DNA of 64,000 nucleotides from Prochlorococcus sp. AG-459-A02 (GCA_003212055.1 QCQW01000002.1:2698-66697); one strand, 5' to 3'. Shown: positions 10,521 through 23,171, counted from the first letter of the stretch. The notes: generated from the sequence alone by a model not told the origin. A program made the numbers and translations.

Positions 10521-11579
10521 ATGGCAATAATTTCTTCTAATATAGGCGATAATGAGTTTTCTCTTCGCAAAAAAGAGCTTAGGCTAGTTGATTCAAAAAT
10601 TATTCCAGAAGAAAAGAGAAATAATAATCTGAACTTAGCTCGGCCTCTTACTTTAAAAGAATTTATTGGCCAAGAACAACTTAAATCTTCTTTAAGAATA
10701 GCTATAGATGCTTCAATTTTTAGAAAAGAACCTTTGGAGCATACTCTTTTATATGGACAGCCCGGTTTAGGTAAGACTACTCTTGCTTTTTTAATAGCTC
10801 ATGAATTGAATACAAAATGTAGGATAGCGACTGCACCAGCAATCGAAAGACCTAGAGATATTGTAGGTTTACTTCTTGGATTAAAAGAAGGTGAAGTTTT
10901 ATTTATCGATGAGATACATCGCTTAAATAGGTTAACTGAAGAGTTGTTATATTCTGCAATGGAAGATTTTAGACTCGACTTAACTATGGGAGCTAATAGA
11001 GGAGCTCGTTGCAGAACAATTAATCTTCCTAGGTTTACTCTGATTGGTGCGACAACAAAATTAGCCTCAATAAGTGCACCTCTAAGAGATAGATTTGGTA
11101 TTTCTCAGAAAATTGAATTTTATACTTATGATGAATTAAAACAAATAATTATTAATTTTTCCCGATTAATAAACCTCAATTTAGATGATAATGCATCTTA
11201 TGATTTAGCAAAGATATCTCGAGGGACTCCAAGAATTGCTTTAAGATTATTAAGACGAGTGAGAGATTATGCTCAAGTTATTAAGAAAACTAATACGATC
11301 TCCGTTAATTTAATAAAAAAAGCTTTAAATTCTTACCAAATAGATGAAAAAGGTTTGGATACTTTAGATAGAAGCTATTTATCTTTTCTTAACCAAAACA
11401 ATAATATTCCAACTGGCCTTGATTCTATTGCAGCTGGCTTGGGTGATGATTCTTCAATGTTAGAATTTGTAGTTGAGCCATATTTAATCAAAATTGGTTT
11501 CCTCATAAGAACTCCTCGAGGAAGATTACTTACTGCTTTAGGAAAAAAGTACATTGATTCAAAAAATGATAACTTTTAA
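10521..11579 (+). CDS. ruvB: Holliday junction branch migration helicase RuvB
   Basis: [37 protein letters not shown]. Confidence 0.97.
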   Translation: MAIISSNIGDNEFSLRKKELRLVDSKIIPEEKRNNNLNLARPLTLKEFIGQEQLKSSLRIAIDASIFRKEPLEHTLLYGQPGLGKTTLAFLIAHELNTKCRIATAPAIERPRDIVGLLLGLKEGEVLFIDEIHRLNRLTEELLYSAMEDFRLDLTMGANRGARCRTINLPRFTLIGATTKLASISAPLRDRFGISQKIEFYTYDELKQIIINFSRLINLNLDDNASYDLAKISRGTPRIALRLLRRVRDYAQVIKKTNTISVNLIKKALNSYQIDEKGLDTLDRSYLSFLNQNNNIPTGLDSIAAGLGDDSSMLEFVVEPYLIKIGFLIRTPRGRLLTALGKKYIDSKNDNF

Positions 11580-12354
11580 AAAAGTTAAGGTTTGTTTTTT
11601 ATTAATTTTTGTTTTTTTGAATATTTTTTATATTGCACCATGCTATTCATTATCTTTGAGAGAAGATTTGTTTAAAAATGCATTAGACCTAAGTTCAGCA
11701 GGGGAATTTAATCTCGCTTTACAAGAATGGAATCAATATCTCGATTCTTATCCTGATGATGCTGCAGGTTTGAGCAATAGAGGAAATGTAAGACTTGTTA
11801 TAGGAGATGTAAAGGGATCAATAGATGACCAAAATAAGGCAATAAGTTTGAATCCTGCGGAAATAGATCCCTACATTAACAGGGGTATAGCAGAAGAAGC
11901 ATTGGGTTTATGGCCGCAAGCGAAAAAAGATTATATGTTCGTTATTTCGCAAGATAGTCAAAATTTCTCTGCACTATATAATTTGGCTAATGTAGAAGGA
12001 TCTACATCACATTGGAAAAAAGCAAGAGATTTATTTTCAAAAGCTGCTTTATATAATCCTGGATTTGCCATGGCTAGGTCGAGTAAGGCGTTAGCAGATT
12101 TCCAGTTGGGAAACATTGATGAATCAGAAAAAGAATTAAAAAAATTAATTAGACGTTATCCAACTTTTGCAGATGCCAGGGCGGCTTTAACAGCTTTGAA
12201 TTGGTCTAAGGGTGAATCTGGGAACGCAGAGAGTAATTGGATTGCTGTAACTGAATTAGATCCTAGATATAGTGATGAAGAATGGTTAAAAGAAATAAGA
12301 AGATGGCCACCACAACCAATTAAAGATTTAATGAACTTTATCGATTTAAAATAA
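11566..12354 (+). CDS. Tetratricopeptide-repeat protein with N-terminal signal/TM segment
   Basis: Repeated A/G-N-R-G TPR patterns (SNRGNVR, YINRGIA, YNLANV); start could be 11554 or 11566. Confidence 0.85.
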   Translation: MITFKKVKVCFLLIFVFLNIFYIAPCYSLSLREDLFKNALDLSSAGEFNLALQEWNQYLDSYPDDAAGLSNRGNVRLVIGDVKGSIDDQNKAISLNPAEIDPYINRGIAEEALGLWPQAKKDYMFVISQDSQNFSALYNLANVEGSTSHWKKARDLFSKAALYNPGFAMARSSKALADFQLGNIDESEKELKKLIRRYPTFADARAALTALNWSKGESGNAESNWIAVTELDPRYSDEEWLKEIRRWPPQPIKDLMNFIDLK

Positions 12355-12358
12355 GTAA

Positions 12359-13543
12359 ATGAATAGAGATCAGTTTTATAAAAAAATTGATTCGTTTAAT
12401 GATGAATTAATTAAATTAAGAAGACATATTCATGCACATCCTGAATTAAGTGGTCTTGAAAATCAAACAGCGATCTTGATAAGTGGTTTTTTAAAAAATA
12501 TTGGTTGGAATGTTAGGGAATCTATAGGCAGGACAGGAGTTGTAGCTGATTTTGGCCCCTTAGATAAAGGCATTATAGGTTTAAGAGTGGATATGGATGC
12601 TTTGCCAATATTTGAGGAAACTAAATTAACTTTTTCTTCAAAAGTAGATGGTGTGATGCATGCCTGTGGTCATGATTTGCATATATCCATTGGATTGGGT
12701 GTGGCAAAAATTATTAAGGATTTAAAACTAAATTTTGGGACTCGGATAATTTTTCAGCCTGCTGAAGAAATTGCAAGTGGTGCTAAATGGATGATTAAGG
12801 ATGGCGCAACTAATGGTTTAACCCATATTTTGGGAGTTCATGTCTACCCCGATTTATCCGTAGGGACTATTGGCATTAAAGAAGGAAGTTTAACTGCAGC
12901 TGCGGGAGAACTTAAGGTAGAGATTAAAGGAAAATCAGGCCATGGTGCTCGACCTCATGAAGGAGTTGATGCTATTTGGGTGGCCTCTAAAGTTATCTCA
13001 GGAATTCAAGAATCGATAACAAGGAAGTTAGACCCTCTAGATCCTGTAGTAATAACTTTTGGGAAAATAAATGGTGGCAATGCATTCAATGTTCTTGCAG
13101 AAAAGGTTAATTTAATTGGTACGGTTAGATCCACTAATTGTGAAGTATTTAAGAATATTGGTAATTGGCTCGATGAAAATATCAATTCTTTAGCCAATAG
13201 TTGCGGAGCTGAAGCAAAAGTAATATTTAGAGAAATCACTCCAGCAGTTAATAATAATTCTGAAATTAATAGAGTCATAAGAGATTCTGGAATTAAGGTT
13301 TTAGGTCTAGAAAATGTTATTGAATTACAAAAACCATCATTAGGAGCTGAGGATTTCGCTGAATTCTTAAATGAGATTCCAGGAGCAATGTTTAGGCTTG
13401 GCGTTTCAAGTACAAATGGATGTGAGCCTCTTCATAGTTCTAAATTTGATCCAGATGAAAGAGCTATTGCTGTTGGGATTAAAGTCATAACAGAATCCAT
13501 AGTAAAATTAAACAATGAAAGAATTCATACAATTGGTAAATGA
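12359..13543 (+). CDS. M20-family amidohydrolase
   Basis: HAHPELS, DMDALP, MHACGHD, FQPAEE, GAEDF. Confidence 0.93.
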   Translation: MNRDQFYKKIDSFNDELIKLRRHIHAHPELSGLENQTAILISGFLKNIGWNVRESIGRTGVVADFGPLDKGIIGLRVDMDALPIFEETKLTFSSKVDGVMHACGHDLHISIGLGVAKIIKDLKLNFGTRIIFQPAEEIASGAKWMIKDGATNGLTHILGVHVYPDLSVGTIGIKEGSLTAAAGELKVEIKGKSGHGARPHEGVDAIWVASKVISGIQESITRKLDPLDPVVITFGKINGGNAFNVLAEKVNLIGTVRSTNCEVFKNIGNWLDENINSLANSCGAEAKVIFREITPAVNNNSEINRVIRDSGIKVLGLENVIELQKPSLGAEDFAEFLNEIPGAMFRLGVSSTNGCEPLHSSKFDPDERAIAVGIKVITESIVKLNNERIHTIGK

Positions 13544-13755
13544 AAATTAATAAAAGATTTATTTTATCTTTTGTGGCTCCTATTATGATCCTTATATCTG
13601 CGATAGGATTGATATTTAGGGACAATTCCAGGAAGATTTTTTATTTACCCGTTGGCTTGATGGGGATTGTAATAATTTTGGAGAAGGTTATAAGCAGACA
13701 ATTGGATAGGAAAAATATTTTAAAAAAGATAAAGTCTTATCAAAAAGTTAAATAA
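13540..13755 (+). CDS. Small two-TM membrane protein (DUF3188-like)
   Basis: 71 aa, two hydrophobic segments, 4-bp overlap with the upstream stop. Confidence 0.7.
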   Translation: MKINKRFILSFVAPIMILISAIGLIFRDNSRKIFYLPVGLMGIVIILEKVISRQLDRKNILKKIKSYQKVK

Positions 13756-13824
13756 AATCATTTTATATATTTTACGCAATATGAGATGACTATTTTTTAG
13801 AAAAGAGCTATTAATAAGATTAAT

Positions 13825-13902
13825 ACTAGGGGTGCTAGGAAATTTAACTTAGCTGAGATCATACCCTTTGAACCTGAATCATTTATCTTGATGCAGGGAA
13901 GT
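13825..13902 (+). promoter_or_regulatory. TPP riboswitch (THI element), variant
   Basis: AGGGGTGC...GCTGAGA...ATACCCTTTGAACCTGA...CAGGGAAG directly upstream of thiC. Confidence 0.88.
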
Positions 13903-13952
13903 GGAGATTTGATCAAACTTTAGTAATAACACTTTTAAAAAATTTGTAAATT

Positions 13953-15323
13953 ATGAGAAGTTCTTGGATTAAGCCGCGCCTTGGGAAAGAAAATGTAACT
14001 CAGATGAACTTTGCTAGAAACGGTTATATCACTGAAGAAATGGATTTTGTTGCTAAAAAAGAGAATCTTCCTTCTTCTTTAATAATGGAAGAAGTGGCTA
14101 GAGGAAGATTAATTATTCCAGCTAATATTAATCATTTGAATCTTGAGCCAATGGCCATAGGTATTGCTTCTAGATGCAAAGTTAATGCGAATATTGGTGC
14201 TTCTCCTAATGCAAGTGATATCAATGAAGAAGTGGAGAAGCTAAAACTAGCAGTTAAATATGGGGCTGATACGGTTATGGATCTTTCTACAGGAGGAGTG
14301 AATTTAGATGAAGTACGGCAAGCAATTATTCACGAGTCTCCTGTTCCAATAGGAACAGTTCCTGTTTATCAAGCTTTAGAAAGTGTACATGGTTCAATAG
14401 ATAGACTAACTGAAGACGATTTTCTTCATATTATTGAAAAACATTGTCAGCAGGGTGTAGATTATCAAACTATTCATGCTGGGCTATTAATAGAGCATTT
14501 ACCCAAAGTCAAAGGAAGAATTACTGGAATTGTTAGTAGGGGGGGAGGTATTTTAGCCCAATGGATGTTGCATCATTTTAAGCAAAATCCTCTTTACACA
14601 AGGTTTGATGACATTTGTGAAATTTTTAAGAAATATGATTGTACTTTTTCTCTAGGAGATTCATTAAGGCCTGGATGCTTGCATGATGCTTCTGATGATG
14701 CTCAGCTGGCTGAATTAAAGACATTAGGCCAGCTTACTCGAAGAGCATGGGAACATAATGTTCAAGTAATGGTTGAGGGTCCTGGTCATGTACCTATGGA
14801 CCAAATTGAGTTTAATGTGAGAAAGCAAATGGAAGAATGTTCAGAAGCCCCCTTTTATGTGCTTGGTCCATTAGTGACAGATATATCTCCTGGTTATGAC
14901 CATATATCAAGTGCTATTGGGGCTGCGATGGCAGGGTGGTATGGAACTTCTATGTTATGTTATGTGACCCCAAAAGAACATCTAGGTCTACCAAATGCAG
15001 AAGATGTAAGAGAAGGCTTAATTGCTTATAAAATAGCTGCTCACGCTGCTGATATAGCAAGACATAGAGCTGGAGCTCGTGATCGAGATGATGAACTTAG
15101 TCATGCAAGATATAACTTTGATTGGAATAAACAGTTCGAACTTTCATTAGATCCGGAAAGGGCAAAGCAGTATCATGATGAGACACTACCTGAAGAAATC
15201 TTTAAAAAGGCCGAGTTTTGTTCAATGTGTGGACCTAAACATTGTCCCATGAATTCAAAGATTTCTGATGAATCTCTTGATCAGCTAAAAGATAAGCTTG
15301 AAGAATGTAATACTTCAGTGTAA
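13953..15323 (+). CDS. thiC: Phosphomethylpyrimidine synthase ThiC
   Basis: [36 protein letters not shown]. Confidence 0.98.
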   Translation: MRSSWIKPRLGKENVTQMNFARNGYITEEMDFVAKKENLPSSLIMEEVARGRLIIPANINHLNLEPMAIGIASRCKVNANIGASPNASDINEEVEKLKLAVKYGADTVMDLSTGGVNLDEVRQAIIHESPVPIGTVPVYQALESVHGSIDRLTEDDFLHIIEKHCQQGVDYQTIHAGLLIEHLPKVKGRITGIVSRGGGILAQWMLHHFKQNPLYTRFDDICEIFKKYDCTFSLGDSLRPGCLHDASDDAQLAELKTLGQLTRRAWEHNVQVMVEGPGHVPMDQIEFNVRKQMEECSEAPFYVLGPLVTDISPGYDHISSAIGAAMAGWYGTSMLCYVTPKEHLGLPNAEDVREGLIAYKIAAHAADIARHRAGARDRDDELSHARYNFDWNKQFELSLDPERAKQYHDETLPEEIFKKAEFCSMCGPKHCPMNSKISDESLDQLKDKLEECNTSV

Positions 15324-15337
15324 TTATTAATTAATAC

Positions 15338-17344
15338 TTATAGAATTTCTTTAGTCTTATTAACAACGTTTTCGACTGTAAATCCAAAATTTTTCAAACA
15401 TTCTCCACCCGGTGCAGATGCACCAAATCTATCCATAGTAATACAAATCCCATCAAAACCTGTATATTTATGCCAACCAAATGAATGGGCAGCTTCTACT
15501 ACAACTCTCTTTTTCACACTACTAGGTAAAACACTTTCTTTGTAAGATTCTTCTTGTTCTTCGAAAAGTTCTACACAAGGCATAGAAACAACTCTAATTT
15601 TTTTACCTAAACTTGAAATTTCCTTACTTGCTTCAATGCAAAGATTCAGTTCGCTTCCAGTACCAATAAATATTAGATCTGGTGTTCCTTCGCAATCGGA
15701 AACTACATATCCTCCTAGAGCAACTTTGTCGATAGAAGTATTTTCTTGATTTGGCATTCCTTGTCTGCTTAAACAAAGGGCAGAAGGTCTTTTGCGATTT
15801 TGAATAGCAAGCTTATAAGCTCCACTAGTCTCATTGCCATCTCCAGGCCTGAAAACTAGCATGTTAGGCATAGCACGAAGAGAAGGGATAGTTTCAATAG
15901 GTTGATGTGTTGGACCGTCTTCCCCTACACCAATTGAATCGTGAGTTAGTACATAGATTACTCCTAATTCGCTGAGTGCTGAAAGCCTCATTGAGCCTCT
16001 CATATAATCAGCGAATACAAGGAAGGTTCCTCCATAAGGAATAAGACCACTATTGTGATAGGCAATACCATTAAGTACAGCTGCCATTGCATGCTCTCGT
16101 ACACCAAAATGTAAATATCTTTTTTCAGGGCTATGTGGCTGGAATGATCCAGTTTCTCCTTTGATATCTGTATAATTAGAGTGAGTTAAATCTGCAGATC
16201 CGCCAATTAATTCAGGCAGGTTAGGTCCTAAAGAACCTAAACATATTTGTGAATGCTTTCTGGTTGCTAAACCTTTATCACTAGGTGTATAAGAGGGGAG
16301 ATCTGAGTCCCAATTCTCAGGTAATTGGCCTTTTAACATTCTGGTTAACTCAGCTCCTTCAGAGGGATATTTTTTTTGATATTCTTCAAATTTAGAATCC
16401 CATTCTTTCTCTAAGTTTTCGCCTTTGTTTATTGATTTTCTAAAATGCTCATAAACTTCATTTGGTATTTCAAATGGAGGATATTCCCAATTGAGAAACT
16501 CTCTAGTTAATACAGCTTCTTCTTCTCCAACAGCTGCTCCATGAATTCCAGCAGTATCTGATTTATTAGGCGAACCATAACCTATTGTTGTAGAAATTTT
16601 TATAATTGAAGGCTTGTCTGTAATTAATTTTGCTTTTTCGATAGCTTCAGTTATTCCTTTAACATCATGATTCCCATCTTCAACATGTTGTACATGCCAT
16701 CCATAAGCTTCGTATCTTTTTAAGACATCTTCAGTGAAAGAAACGTCGGTTCGCCCATCAATTGTAATTTGATTATCGTCATATAGTGTAATTAATTTTC
16801 CAAGCTTAAGATGACCAGCTAGTGAGCATGCCTCTGATGCAATCCCTTCTTGATTACAGCCGTCACCCATTATTACGTAGGTATAGTGATCAACAATCTT
16901 ACAATCAGGCTTGTTGAATTTAGCTGCTAAGTGAGTTTCAGCTATTGCTAAACCAACAGCATTTGAGATTCCGGCTCCAAGAGGCCCAGCTGTAACTTCA
17001 ACACCTTCAGTTTCGAATGTTTCTGGATGTCCAGGAGTTTTTGATCCCCATTGCCTAAATTGTTGGATATCTTCTATGGAAACTGATTTGTACCCTGTCA
17101 AATGAAGCAAGGAATATAACAGCATACAGCCATGACCAGCTGATAATACGAAACGGTCTCTATTGAACCATTTTGGGTTATTGGGGTTGTGATTAAGTAT
17201 GTTTTGCCATAATGCATAACCCATAGGAGCACATCCCATTGGTAATCCAGGATGTCCACTATTAGATTTATTTACTGCATCTACAGCAAGCATTCTTATA
17301 CTATTTACACAAAGTGATTCTAATGAAACAGATGCAGCGACCAT
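15338..17344 (-). CDS. tkt: Transketolase
   Basis: [39 protein letters not shown]. Confidence 0.98.
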   Translation of the reverse strand: MVAASVSLESLCVNSIRMLAVDAVNKSNSGHPGLPMGCAPMGYALWQNILNHNPNNPKWFNRDRFVLSAGHGCMLLYSLLHLTGYKSVSIEDIQQFRQWGSKTPGHPETFETEGVEVTAGPLGAGISNAVGLAIAETHLAAKFNKPDCKIVDHYTYVIMGDGCNQEGIASEACSLAGHLKLGKLITLYDDNQITIDGRTDVSFTEDVLKRYEAYGWHVQHVEDGNHDVKGITEAIEKAKLITDKPSIIKISTTIGYGSPNKSDTAGIHGAAVGEEEAVLTREFLNWEYPPFEIPNEVYEHFRKSINKGENLEKEWDSKFEEYQKKYPSEGAELTRMLKGQLPENWDSDLPSYTPSDKGLATRKHSQICLGSLGPNLPELIGGSADLTHSNYTDIKGETGSFQPHSPEKRYLHFGVREHAMAAVLNGIAYHNSGLIPYGGTFLVFADYMRGSMRLSALSELGVIYVLTHDSIGVGEDGPTHQPIETIPSLRAMPNMLVFRPGDGNETSGAYKLAIQNRKRPSALCLSRQGMPNQENTSIDKVALGGYVVSDCEGTPDLIFIGTGSELNLCIEASKEISSLGKKIRVVSMPCVELFEEQEESYKESVLPSSVKKRVVVEAAHSFGWHKYTGFDGICITMDRFGASAPGGECLKNFGFTVENVVNKTKEIL

Positions 17345-17387
17345 TGTTTTAAAGTAAGTTAAGTTGGAAATACAGAATTGGTTGTCT

Positions 17388-18632
17388 TCAATTCATTTTG
17401 CTGAAAGCAAGGCAAACATTGTGACCACCAAAGCCGAAGGAATTAGAAAGAGCAACTCCTACTTGAGTTTCTCTTGCATTATTTGGTACATAATCAAGAT
17501 CACATTCAGGATCTGGATTGACGTAGTTAATTGTAGGAGGGATAAAATTATGTGTCAAAGAAAGTATACAAGCTACAGCTTCTATACCTCCTGAGCCTCC
17601 TAGGAGATGACCAGTCATCGACTTAGTAGAGCTTACAGGAATGAGGTAAGATCTGTCTTTAAATATAGATTTAATTGCAGAAGTTTCATTTTTGTCATTA
17701 GCCGATGTACTAGTTCCATGAGCATTGATGTAATCAACTTTTTCAAGGCTAAGAGAAGCGTCCTCAATTGCTAGTTTGATTGCTTTAGCACCTCCAACCC
17801 CGCCTGGAGATGGAGCAGTAATGTGATGAGCATCACATGTTGTTCCATATCCAATAATTTCTGCATAAATTCTTGCATTTCTTTTTTGTGCATTTTCTAA
17901 AGTTTCTAAAACAAGAATTCCAGATCCCTCTCCAATAACAAAACCATCTCTTTCTGCATCAAAAGGCCTGCTAGCAGTTTGGGGACTTTCATTTCTGAAA
18001 GAAAGAGCTTTGGCACTAGCAAAACCAGCTACTCCTAGAGGCGTAATACTTGCTTCTGCTCCTCCACAGATCATTGCATCTGCCTTGCCAAGTTGAAGTA
18101 ATCTAAAAGAATCACCAATTGCATTTGAACCGGCAGCGCAGGCCGTTGAAACAGAGGAGCTTGGCCCTTTTGCACCCAAAGCAATAGCAGCTAATCCAGT
18201 TGCCATATTTGGAATCATCATTGGGACTGTAAATGGACTTACTCTTTTAGGTCCTTTATGACTCAGAATTTGAGCTTGACTTTCCATAGTTAGCAAGCCT
18301 CCAACACCAGAGCCAATAATTACTCCAATTCTTGATGAATTAGCTTCAGTAATTTCAAGTCCGGAATCATAAAAGGCTTGCTTTGCAGCTATGACTCCAA
18401 ACTGGGAAAAACGATCCCATCTTTTGGATTCTTTAGCTTCAATAAATTTTTCAGATTGAAGATTTTTTACTTCTGCTGCAAATTTGCAAGGATGTTGTTC
18501 GGGGTTAAAGAGAGTAATATCTGAGACCCCGTTAGTACCTTTTTGCAGTCCGACTAAATATTCATCAATGTTATTACCAATTGGAGTTACTGCTCCGATA
18601 CCGGTAATAACAACTCGATGGAGATTTGGCAT
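17388..18632 (-). CDS. fabF: 3-oxoacyl-ACP synthase II
   Basis: [23 protein letters not shown]. Confidence 0.97.
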   Translation of the reverse strand: MPNLHRVVITGIGAVTPIGNNIDEYLVGLQKGTNGVSDITLFNPEQHPCKFAAEVKNLQSEKFIEAKESKRWDRFSQFGVIAAKQAFYDSGLEITEANSSRIGVIIGSGVGGLLTMESQAQILSHKGPKRVSPFTVPMMIPNMATGLAAIALGAKGPSSSVSTACAAGSNAIGDSFRLLQLGKADAMICGGAEASITPLGVAGFASAKALSFRNESPQTASRPFDAERDGFVIGEGSGILVLETLENAQKRNARIYAEIIGYGTTCDAHHITAPSPGGVGGAKAIKLAIEDASLSLEKVDYINAHGTSTSANDKNETSAIKSIFKDRSYLIPVSSTKSMTGHLLGGSGGIEAVACILSLTHNFIPPTINYVNPDPECDLDYVPNNARETQVGVALSNSFGFGGHNVCLAFSKMN

Positions 18633-18638
18633 TCTTTA

Positions 18639-18878
18639 CTAACCTTTTTTTTCTTCGATGAATTTTACTGCATCGCCAACAGTTGCGATTCCTTCCGCTG
18701 CTTCATCAGGAATTTCAATATCAAATGCTTCTTCAAGAGCCATTACTAATTCAACGGTATCTAGAGAATCTGCGCCTAAATCATTTTGGAAATTTGAATC
18801 TGATTTAACTTCTCCTGCTTCAACACTTAATTGTTCTGAAACAATAGAGCAAACTTTTTCGAGGATTTCTTGTGACAT
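18639..18878 (-). CDS. acpP: Acyl carrier protein
   Basis: [18 protein letters not shown]. Confidence 0.98.
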   Translation of the reverse strand: MSQEILEKVCSIVSEQLSVEAGEVKSDSNFQNDLGADSLDTVELVMALEEAFDIEIPDEAAEGIATVGDAVKFIEEKKG

Positions 18879-18969
18879 AGTTTATGGAATTTACTAATTA
18901 TCTTTATGATTTTATGCCCTAGAGTTAACAAGAGTGAAGCATATCTTAATTTTTTTAATTTCTTTGTAA

Positions 18970-19257
<288 letters not shown>

Positions 19258-19339
19258 ACTTATATAGTGCAGTTTTAAGAGAGTCCATGTTTTAAAAATA
19301 CTTATTTTTTTTCAAATATAATTGAAGAAAAATTTTAGT

Positions 19340-21235
19340 ATGTGTGGAATAGTTGCTGTAACAGGTTATAAAAAAGCTTTACCATTATTGATTAATGGCT
19401 TAGAAAAACTTGAATATAGAGGATATGATTCCGCAGGTATTGCAATAATCAATTCTGAAAAAAATTCTATTACTTGTAACAAGGCAGAGGGAAAACTAAG
19501 GAACTTAATAAATAATCTTAACAATGAGATTATTCCAGGAACTGTAGGTATAGGTCATACTAGATGGGCAACACATGGAAAACCTGAGTTTAAAAATGCT
19601 CATCCTCATGTCGATAGTTCAGGAACCATAGCAGTTGTTCAAAATGGCATTATTGAAAATTTCCAAGACTTAAAAAATAAATTAGAGAAAGAAGGTATTA
19701 TTTTTAATTCTGATACAGACACCGAGGTAATTCCTCATTTAATTAAAAGAGAATTAAATACATTAAGTAAACTTAACCTTGAGAATAATGGCTCAACATT
19801 ATTAGTAGCTGTGAGAAATGTAATATCTGATCTGGAAGGATCTTATGCCTTAGCCGTTTTATGGGCTGATGCTCCAACCTCTTTGGTAGTTGCAAGAAAA
19901 CAAGCGCCCTTGATTATTGGTTTGGGCGAAGGAGAATTTATTTGTGCAAGTGATACGCCAGCTATTGCAAATTTTACAAATATTATTTTGCCTATGGAGG
20001 ATGAAGAAATAGCTTTGATGACTCCTCTTGGAATAGAAATATATGACAAAAACAATGAGAGACAATATCGAAATCCAGTTTCTCTAAAAGTCTCAGAGCA
20101 AATAATGGATAAGATGAATTTCAAACATTTTATGTTAAAAGAAATATATGATCAGCCAAAAACTGCAAAAAACTGGTTGGATAATTACTTATTTCAAAAC
20201 TTAGAAGAGGGCCGTTATCAAATTAATTATCCTTTTGATACAAAGTTTTTCGAATCAATAGAAAGAATTGAAATTATCGCTTGTGGTACAAGTAAACATG
20301 CTGCAATGGTGGGTAGCTTTTTACTAGAACAATTTTCAGGTATCCCTACAAATGTCTTTTACGCAAGTGAATTTCGGTATTCACCACCTCCATTGCTGCC
20401 AAACACATTAACCATTGGAGTCACTCAATCTGGAGAAACTGCTGATACAATTGCAGCTATCGATATGGAAATTAAAAGACGCTCCTCTATTCAAGATAAA
20501 AATTTTAAACCCAATCTTATTGCAATAACAAATAGAAAAGAGAGCTCAATAGGGAGGCAGGTTTCAAATATAATTGATATCTGCGCAGGAATAGAAGTGG
20601 GAGTTGCAGCAACAAAAACTTTTTTTGCTCAATTACTTTCTTTTTATGGATTAGCTATAAAATTTGCGGAAATTAAAGGAAGTCAAAGCTTAGATGAAAT
20701 AAGTAATTTAATAACTGAACTTATAAAACTGCCTCCAATGATAGAAGATCTTTTAGAGCAGCATCATAAATCTTCAGAAAAGCTAGCACATGATTTTTTT
20801 AATATTAAAGATGTTATCTTTTTAGGACGAGGTATAAATTATCCTATTGCTCTTGAAGGAGCGTTAAAACTAAAAGAAATTAGTTATATTCATGCGGCTG
20901 GATATCCAGCTGGTGAGATGAAACATGGTCCAATAGCTTTGTTAGACAAAAAAGTACCTGTAATTTCTATTGCTTCCCCTGGTGAAGTTTTCGATAAAGT
21001 TATTAGTAACGCTCAAGAAGCAAAGGCTAGAGATTCATTTTTAATTGGAATTGCTCCTGAATGTAATGGAACTGAAATTTTTGATTATTTAATGAAAGTT
21101 CCTTCCTATAACAAATGGGTTTCCCCCTTACTAAACATAGTGCCTTTACAATTATTGAGTTACCATATTGCGGCTCATAGAGGACTTGACGTGGATCAAC
21201 CAAGAAATTTAGCTAAAAGTGTAACTGTGGAATGA
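19340..21235 (+). CDS. glmS: Glutamine--fructose-6-phosphate transaminase (start set at MCGIV, ATG 19340)
   Basis: N-terminal MCGI catalytic Cys, LEYRGYDSAG, GHTRWATHG, PRNLAKSVTVE. Confidence 0.98.
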   Translation: MCGIVAVTGYKKALPLLINGLEKLEYRGYDSAGIAIINSEKNSITCNKAEGKLRNLINNLNNEIIPGTVGIGHTRWATHGKPEFKNAHPHVDSSGTIAVVQNGIIENFQDLKNKLEKEGIIFNSDTDTEVIPHLIKRELNTLSKLNLENNGSTLLVAVRNVISDLEGSYALAVLWADAPTSLVVARKQAPLIIGLGEGEFICASDTPAIANFTNIILPMEDEEIALMTPLGIEIYDKNNERQYRNPVSLKVSEQIMDKMNFKHFMLKEIYDQPKTAKNWLDNYLFQNLEEGRYQINYPFDTKFFESIERIEIIACGTSKHAAMVGSFLLEQFSGIPTNVFYASEFRYSPPPLLPNTLTIGVTQSGETADTIAAIDMEIKRRSSIQDKNFKPNLIAITNRKESSIGRQVSNIIDICAGIEVGVAATKTFFAQLLSFYGLAIKFAEIKGSQSLDEISNLITELIKLPPMIEDLLEQHHKSSEKLAHDFFNIKDVIFLGRGINYPIALEGALKLKEISYIHAAGYPAGEMKHGPIALLDKKVPVISIASPGEVFDKVISNAQEAKARDSFLIGIAPECNGTEIFDYLMKVPSYNKWVSPLLNIVPLQLLSYHIAAHRGLDVDQPRNLAKSVTVE

Positions 21236-21244
21236 TGCGTTTCT

Positions 21245-21272
21245 TATAAATTTTGATTTTTTAAAATTTATA
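21245..21272. terminator. Possible bidirectional AT-rich hairpin between convergent glmS and rimM
   Basis: TATAAATTTT-N8-AAAATTTATA inverted repeat; all-AT stem, so weak. Confidence 0.3.
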
Positions 21273-21807
21273 GCTCTAAAAGTCCATTTGGAGGATTGAT
21301 GATTAGAAAATTATTTTTTATATCTACTAATGGGACGATTTCTTTAACAAATGGTATGAGAACTTTTTTTTGATTTTTCAATAGTTCAATAACAAGTAAA
21401 TTATTTTTTTCATTTTCTAAATTGATAATTTTCCCAATTGTTTTTAATTCATTATTTTCTAAAGTTTTGACCTCCAGATTTCTAAGTTCCAATAAGTGGT
21501 ATTCATCCTTTTTTAATTTGGGTAATTTATCTGTTTTTACAAGTATTTTAAATTTTTTTAGTTGCTCTGCGTGATTTCTCGTATTAATTCCCTTAAGCTT
21601 AACTATGAAGGTTTCTCTACCAGGCTGTTTGAAACCAGATATAAGTTCTATTTTTGAAGGAGGTTCATTTTCTTTTTGCAACCATCTCATTCCCGGTTTT
21701 AAAAATCTTTCTTCAAAATCACTTAGAGATTTAACCTTTACCTGTCCATTTATTCCATGACATGATGTTATCAATCCAACAGTCAACCATTCATTTTTAT
21801 TTATCAT
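21268..21807 (-). CDS. rimM: 16S rRNA processing protein RimM
   Basis: [31 protein letters not shown]. Confidence 0.93.
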   Translation of the reverse strand: MINKNEWLTVGLITSCHGINGQVKVKSLSDFEERFLKPGMRWLQKENEPPSKIELISGFKQPGRETFIVKLKGINTRNHAEQLKKFKILVKTDKLPKLKKDEYHLLELRNLEVKTLENNELKTIGKIINLENEKNNLLVIELLKNQKKVLIPFVKEIVPLVDIKNNFLIINPPNGLLEL

Positions 21808-21831
21808 ATATTGTATTAGTAATAGTGTTTT

Positions 21832-22017
21832 ATGGAATTATCTACTAAACCCATACTCCCTGGTTCTTTTGTTGTTGTAAAAGACACGAACTCTATATAT
21901 AGAGGATACAAAGGTTTTGTACAAAGAGTTACAAAAAAAAGAGCAGCAGTTCTGTTTGAAGGGGGTAATTGGGATAAACTCATAACTTTTCAGCTAACAA
22001 ATTTAGAAATTGTATAA
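21832..22017 (+). CDS. ndhS: NDH-1 subunit NdhS
   Basis: ILPG..V.V...SIY.GY.GFVQRV....[16 protein letters not shown]. Confidence 0.93.
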   Translation: MELSTKPILPGSFVVVKDTNSIYRGYKGFVQRVTKKRAAVLFEGGNWDKLITFQLTNLEIV

Positions 22018-22020
22018 AAA

Positions 22021-22770
22021 TTAGATTTTACCTATAGTTATAAATTTTTCTATCAAAATTCTTGCTGCATTTGTTTCTGCTTGTTTATGAGACTTGCCGA
22101 ATGCTGATGATTCTTTTAATCCTTCGATAAATATATCGCAAGAAAATCTGTTAGGGTCTCCATTTTTTTTTGAGACTTCAATTATTTTATAGACTGGCAA
22201 ATCAAAACCTTTACTTTGACACCACTCTTGCAATACTGTCTTAGATTTGAATTTATATGGAGCTTTTAAAAATATTTCTGAATCTTCTTCCCAAATATCA
22301 TCTAACCAAAGATTTACTTCCTGAATTGAATTAAAGCAATTGTAAATAGCACCGATTAAAGCTTCTGTAGCTTCACCAATAATAGTATTTTTTGAATTTT
22401 CATCACCAAGAGCTTTAGGTCCTTTTATTATTAATTTCTCAATATCAATTTTTTCCCCTAATTTAGTTAACCATTCATCACTTACAATTTGTGCTCTAAG
22501 CTCTGATCTTTCTCCTACATTCATTTGAGGATATTTTTTTTCAATAAAATTAGAAGCCGCCAATCTGAGTACTGCATCTCCGAAAAATTCTAGTTTTTCG
22601 TAATTTTTTATTTTGTCCTCCGAGGAATGGATAAATGCTTGATTAAAATCTTGAATAACTGAAATATTTTGAGTGCTAATTATTTCAGAAAATCTTCTTG
22701 ATTTAATATTTAAAGACCTTAAAAAAGTAGTAATTTGATCAATTCTCTTTGCGTTAATTATATTTGTCAT
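22021..22770 (-). CDS. rnc: Ribonuclease III
   Basis: YEKLEFFGDAVL signature plus C-terminal dsRBD (KTVLQEW, GKSHKQAETNAA). Confidence 0.93.
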   Translation of the reverse strand: MTNIINAKRIDQITTFLRSLNIKSRRFSEIISTQNISVIQDFNQAFIHSSEDKIKNYEKLEFFGDAVLRLAASNFIEKKYPQMNVGERSELRAQIVSDEWLTKLGEKIDIEKLIIKGPKALGDENSKNTIIGEATEALIGAIYNCFNSIQEVNLWLDDIWEEDSEIFLKAPYKFKSKTVLQEWCQSKGFDLPVYKIIEVSKKNGDPNRFSCDIFIEGLKESSAFGKSHKQAETNAARILIEKFITIGKI

Positions 22771-22793
22771 CTAATTTAATGATCACAACAATT

Positions 22794-23171
22794 AGAAAGC
22801 AGGTCATAAGCCGGGTTCTGTTCATCTTAATTAAGATGGGCAATCATCTATCTAGAACTGGAATTACTTCACAGTCTCAAGCGGCGCTTAAAAGTAGATT
22901 GTGTAATGGTCATAAATCTACTAAGCCTTGCTCCCAGCCGGGGTTTACCTAGCCAACACTTCTCAATGTTGCTGGTGCGCTCTTACCACACCCTTGCACC
23001 CTTGCCATACATAAAAGTATTAGGCGGTATGTTTCTGTGGCACTATCCTCACGGTTGCCCGCACTGGGAATTACCCAGCAAGCCTGACCAAGTGGGAGCC
23101 CGGACTTTCCTCAAGAAAGTTTTATTTTGGAAACAAAATAAAACTTTCTTGCGATTGCCTCTCCTGCTTTC
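22794..23171 (-). ncRNA. rnpB: RNase P RNA (type A)
   Basis: Minus strand has GAGGAAAGTCCGGGCT, AGTGCCACAGAAA, GGTAAACCCC and ACAGAACCCGGCTTAT; P1 ends GAAAGCAGG/CCTGCTTTC pair. Confidence 0.96.

Noticed and set aside
19258-19339. glmS ribozyme upstream of glmS (and SAH riboswitch upstream of ahcY)
   Set aside because: The spacers are too short and AT-rich, and no consensus elements are visible.
23112-23151. Perfect 18-bp inverted repeat with 4-nt loop
   Set aside because: It is explained as helix P3 of RNase P RNA, not a MITE or terminator.
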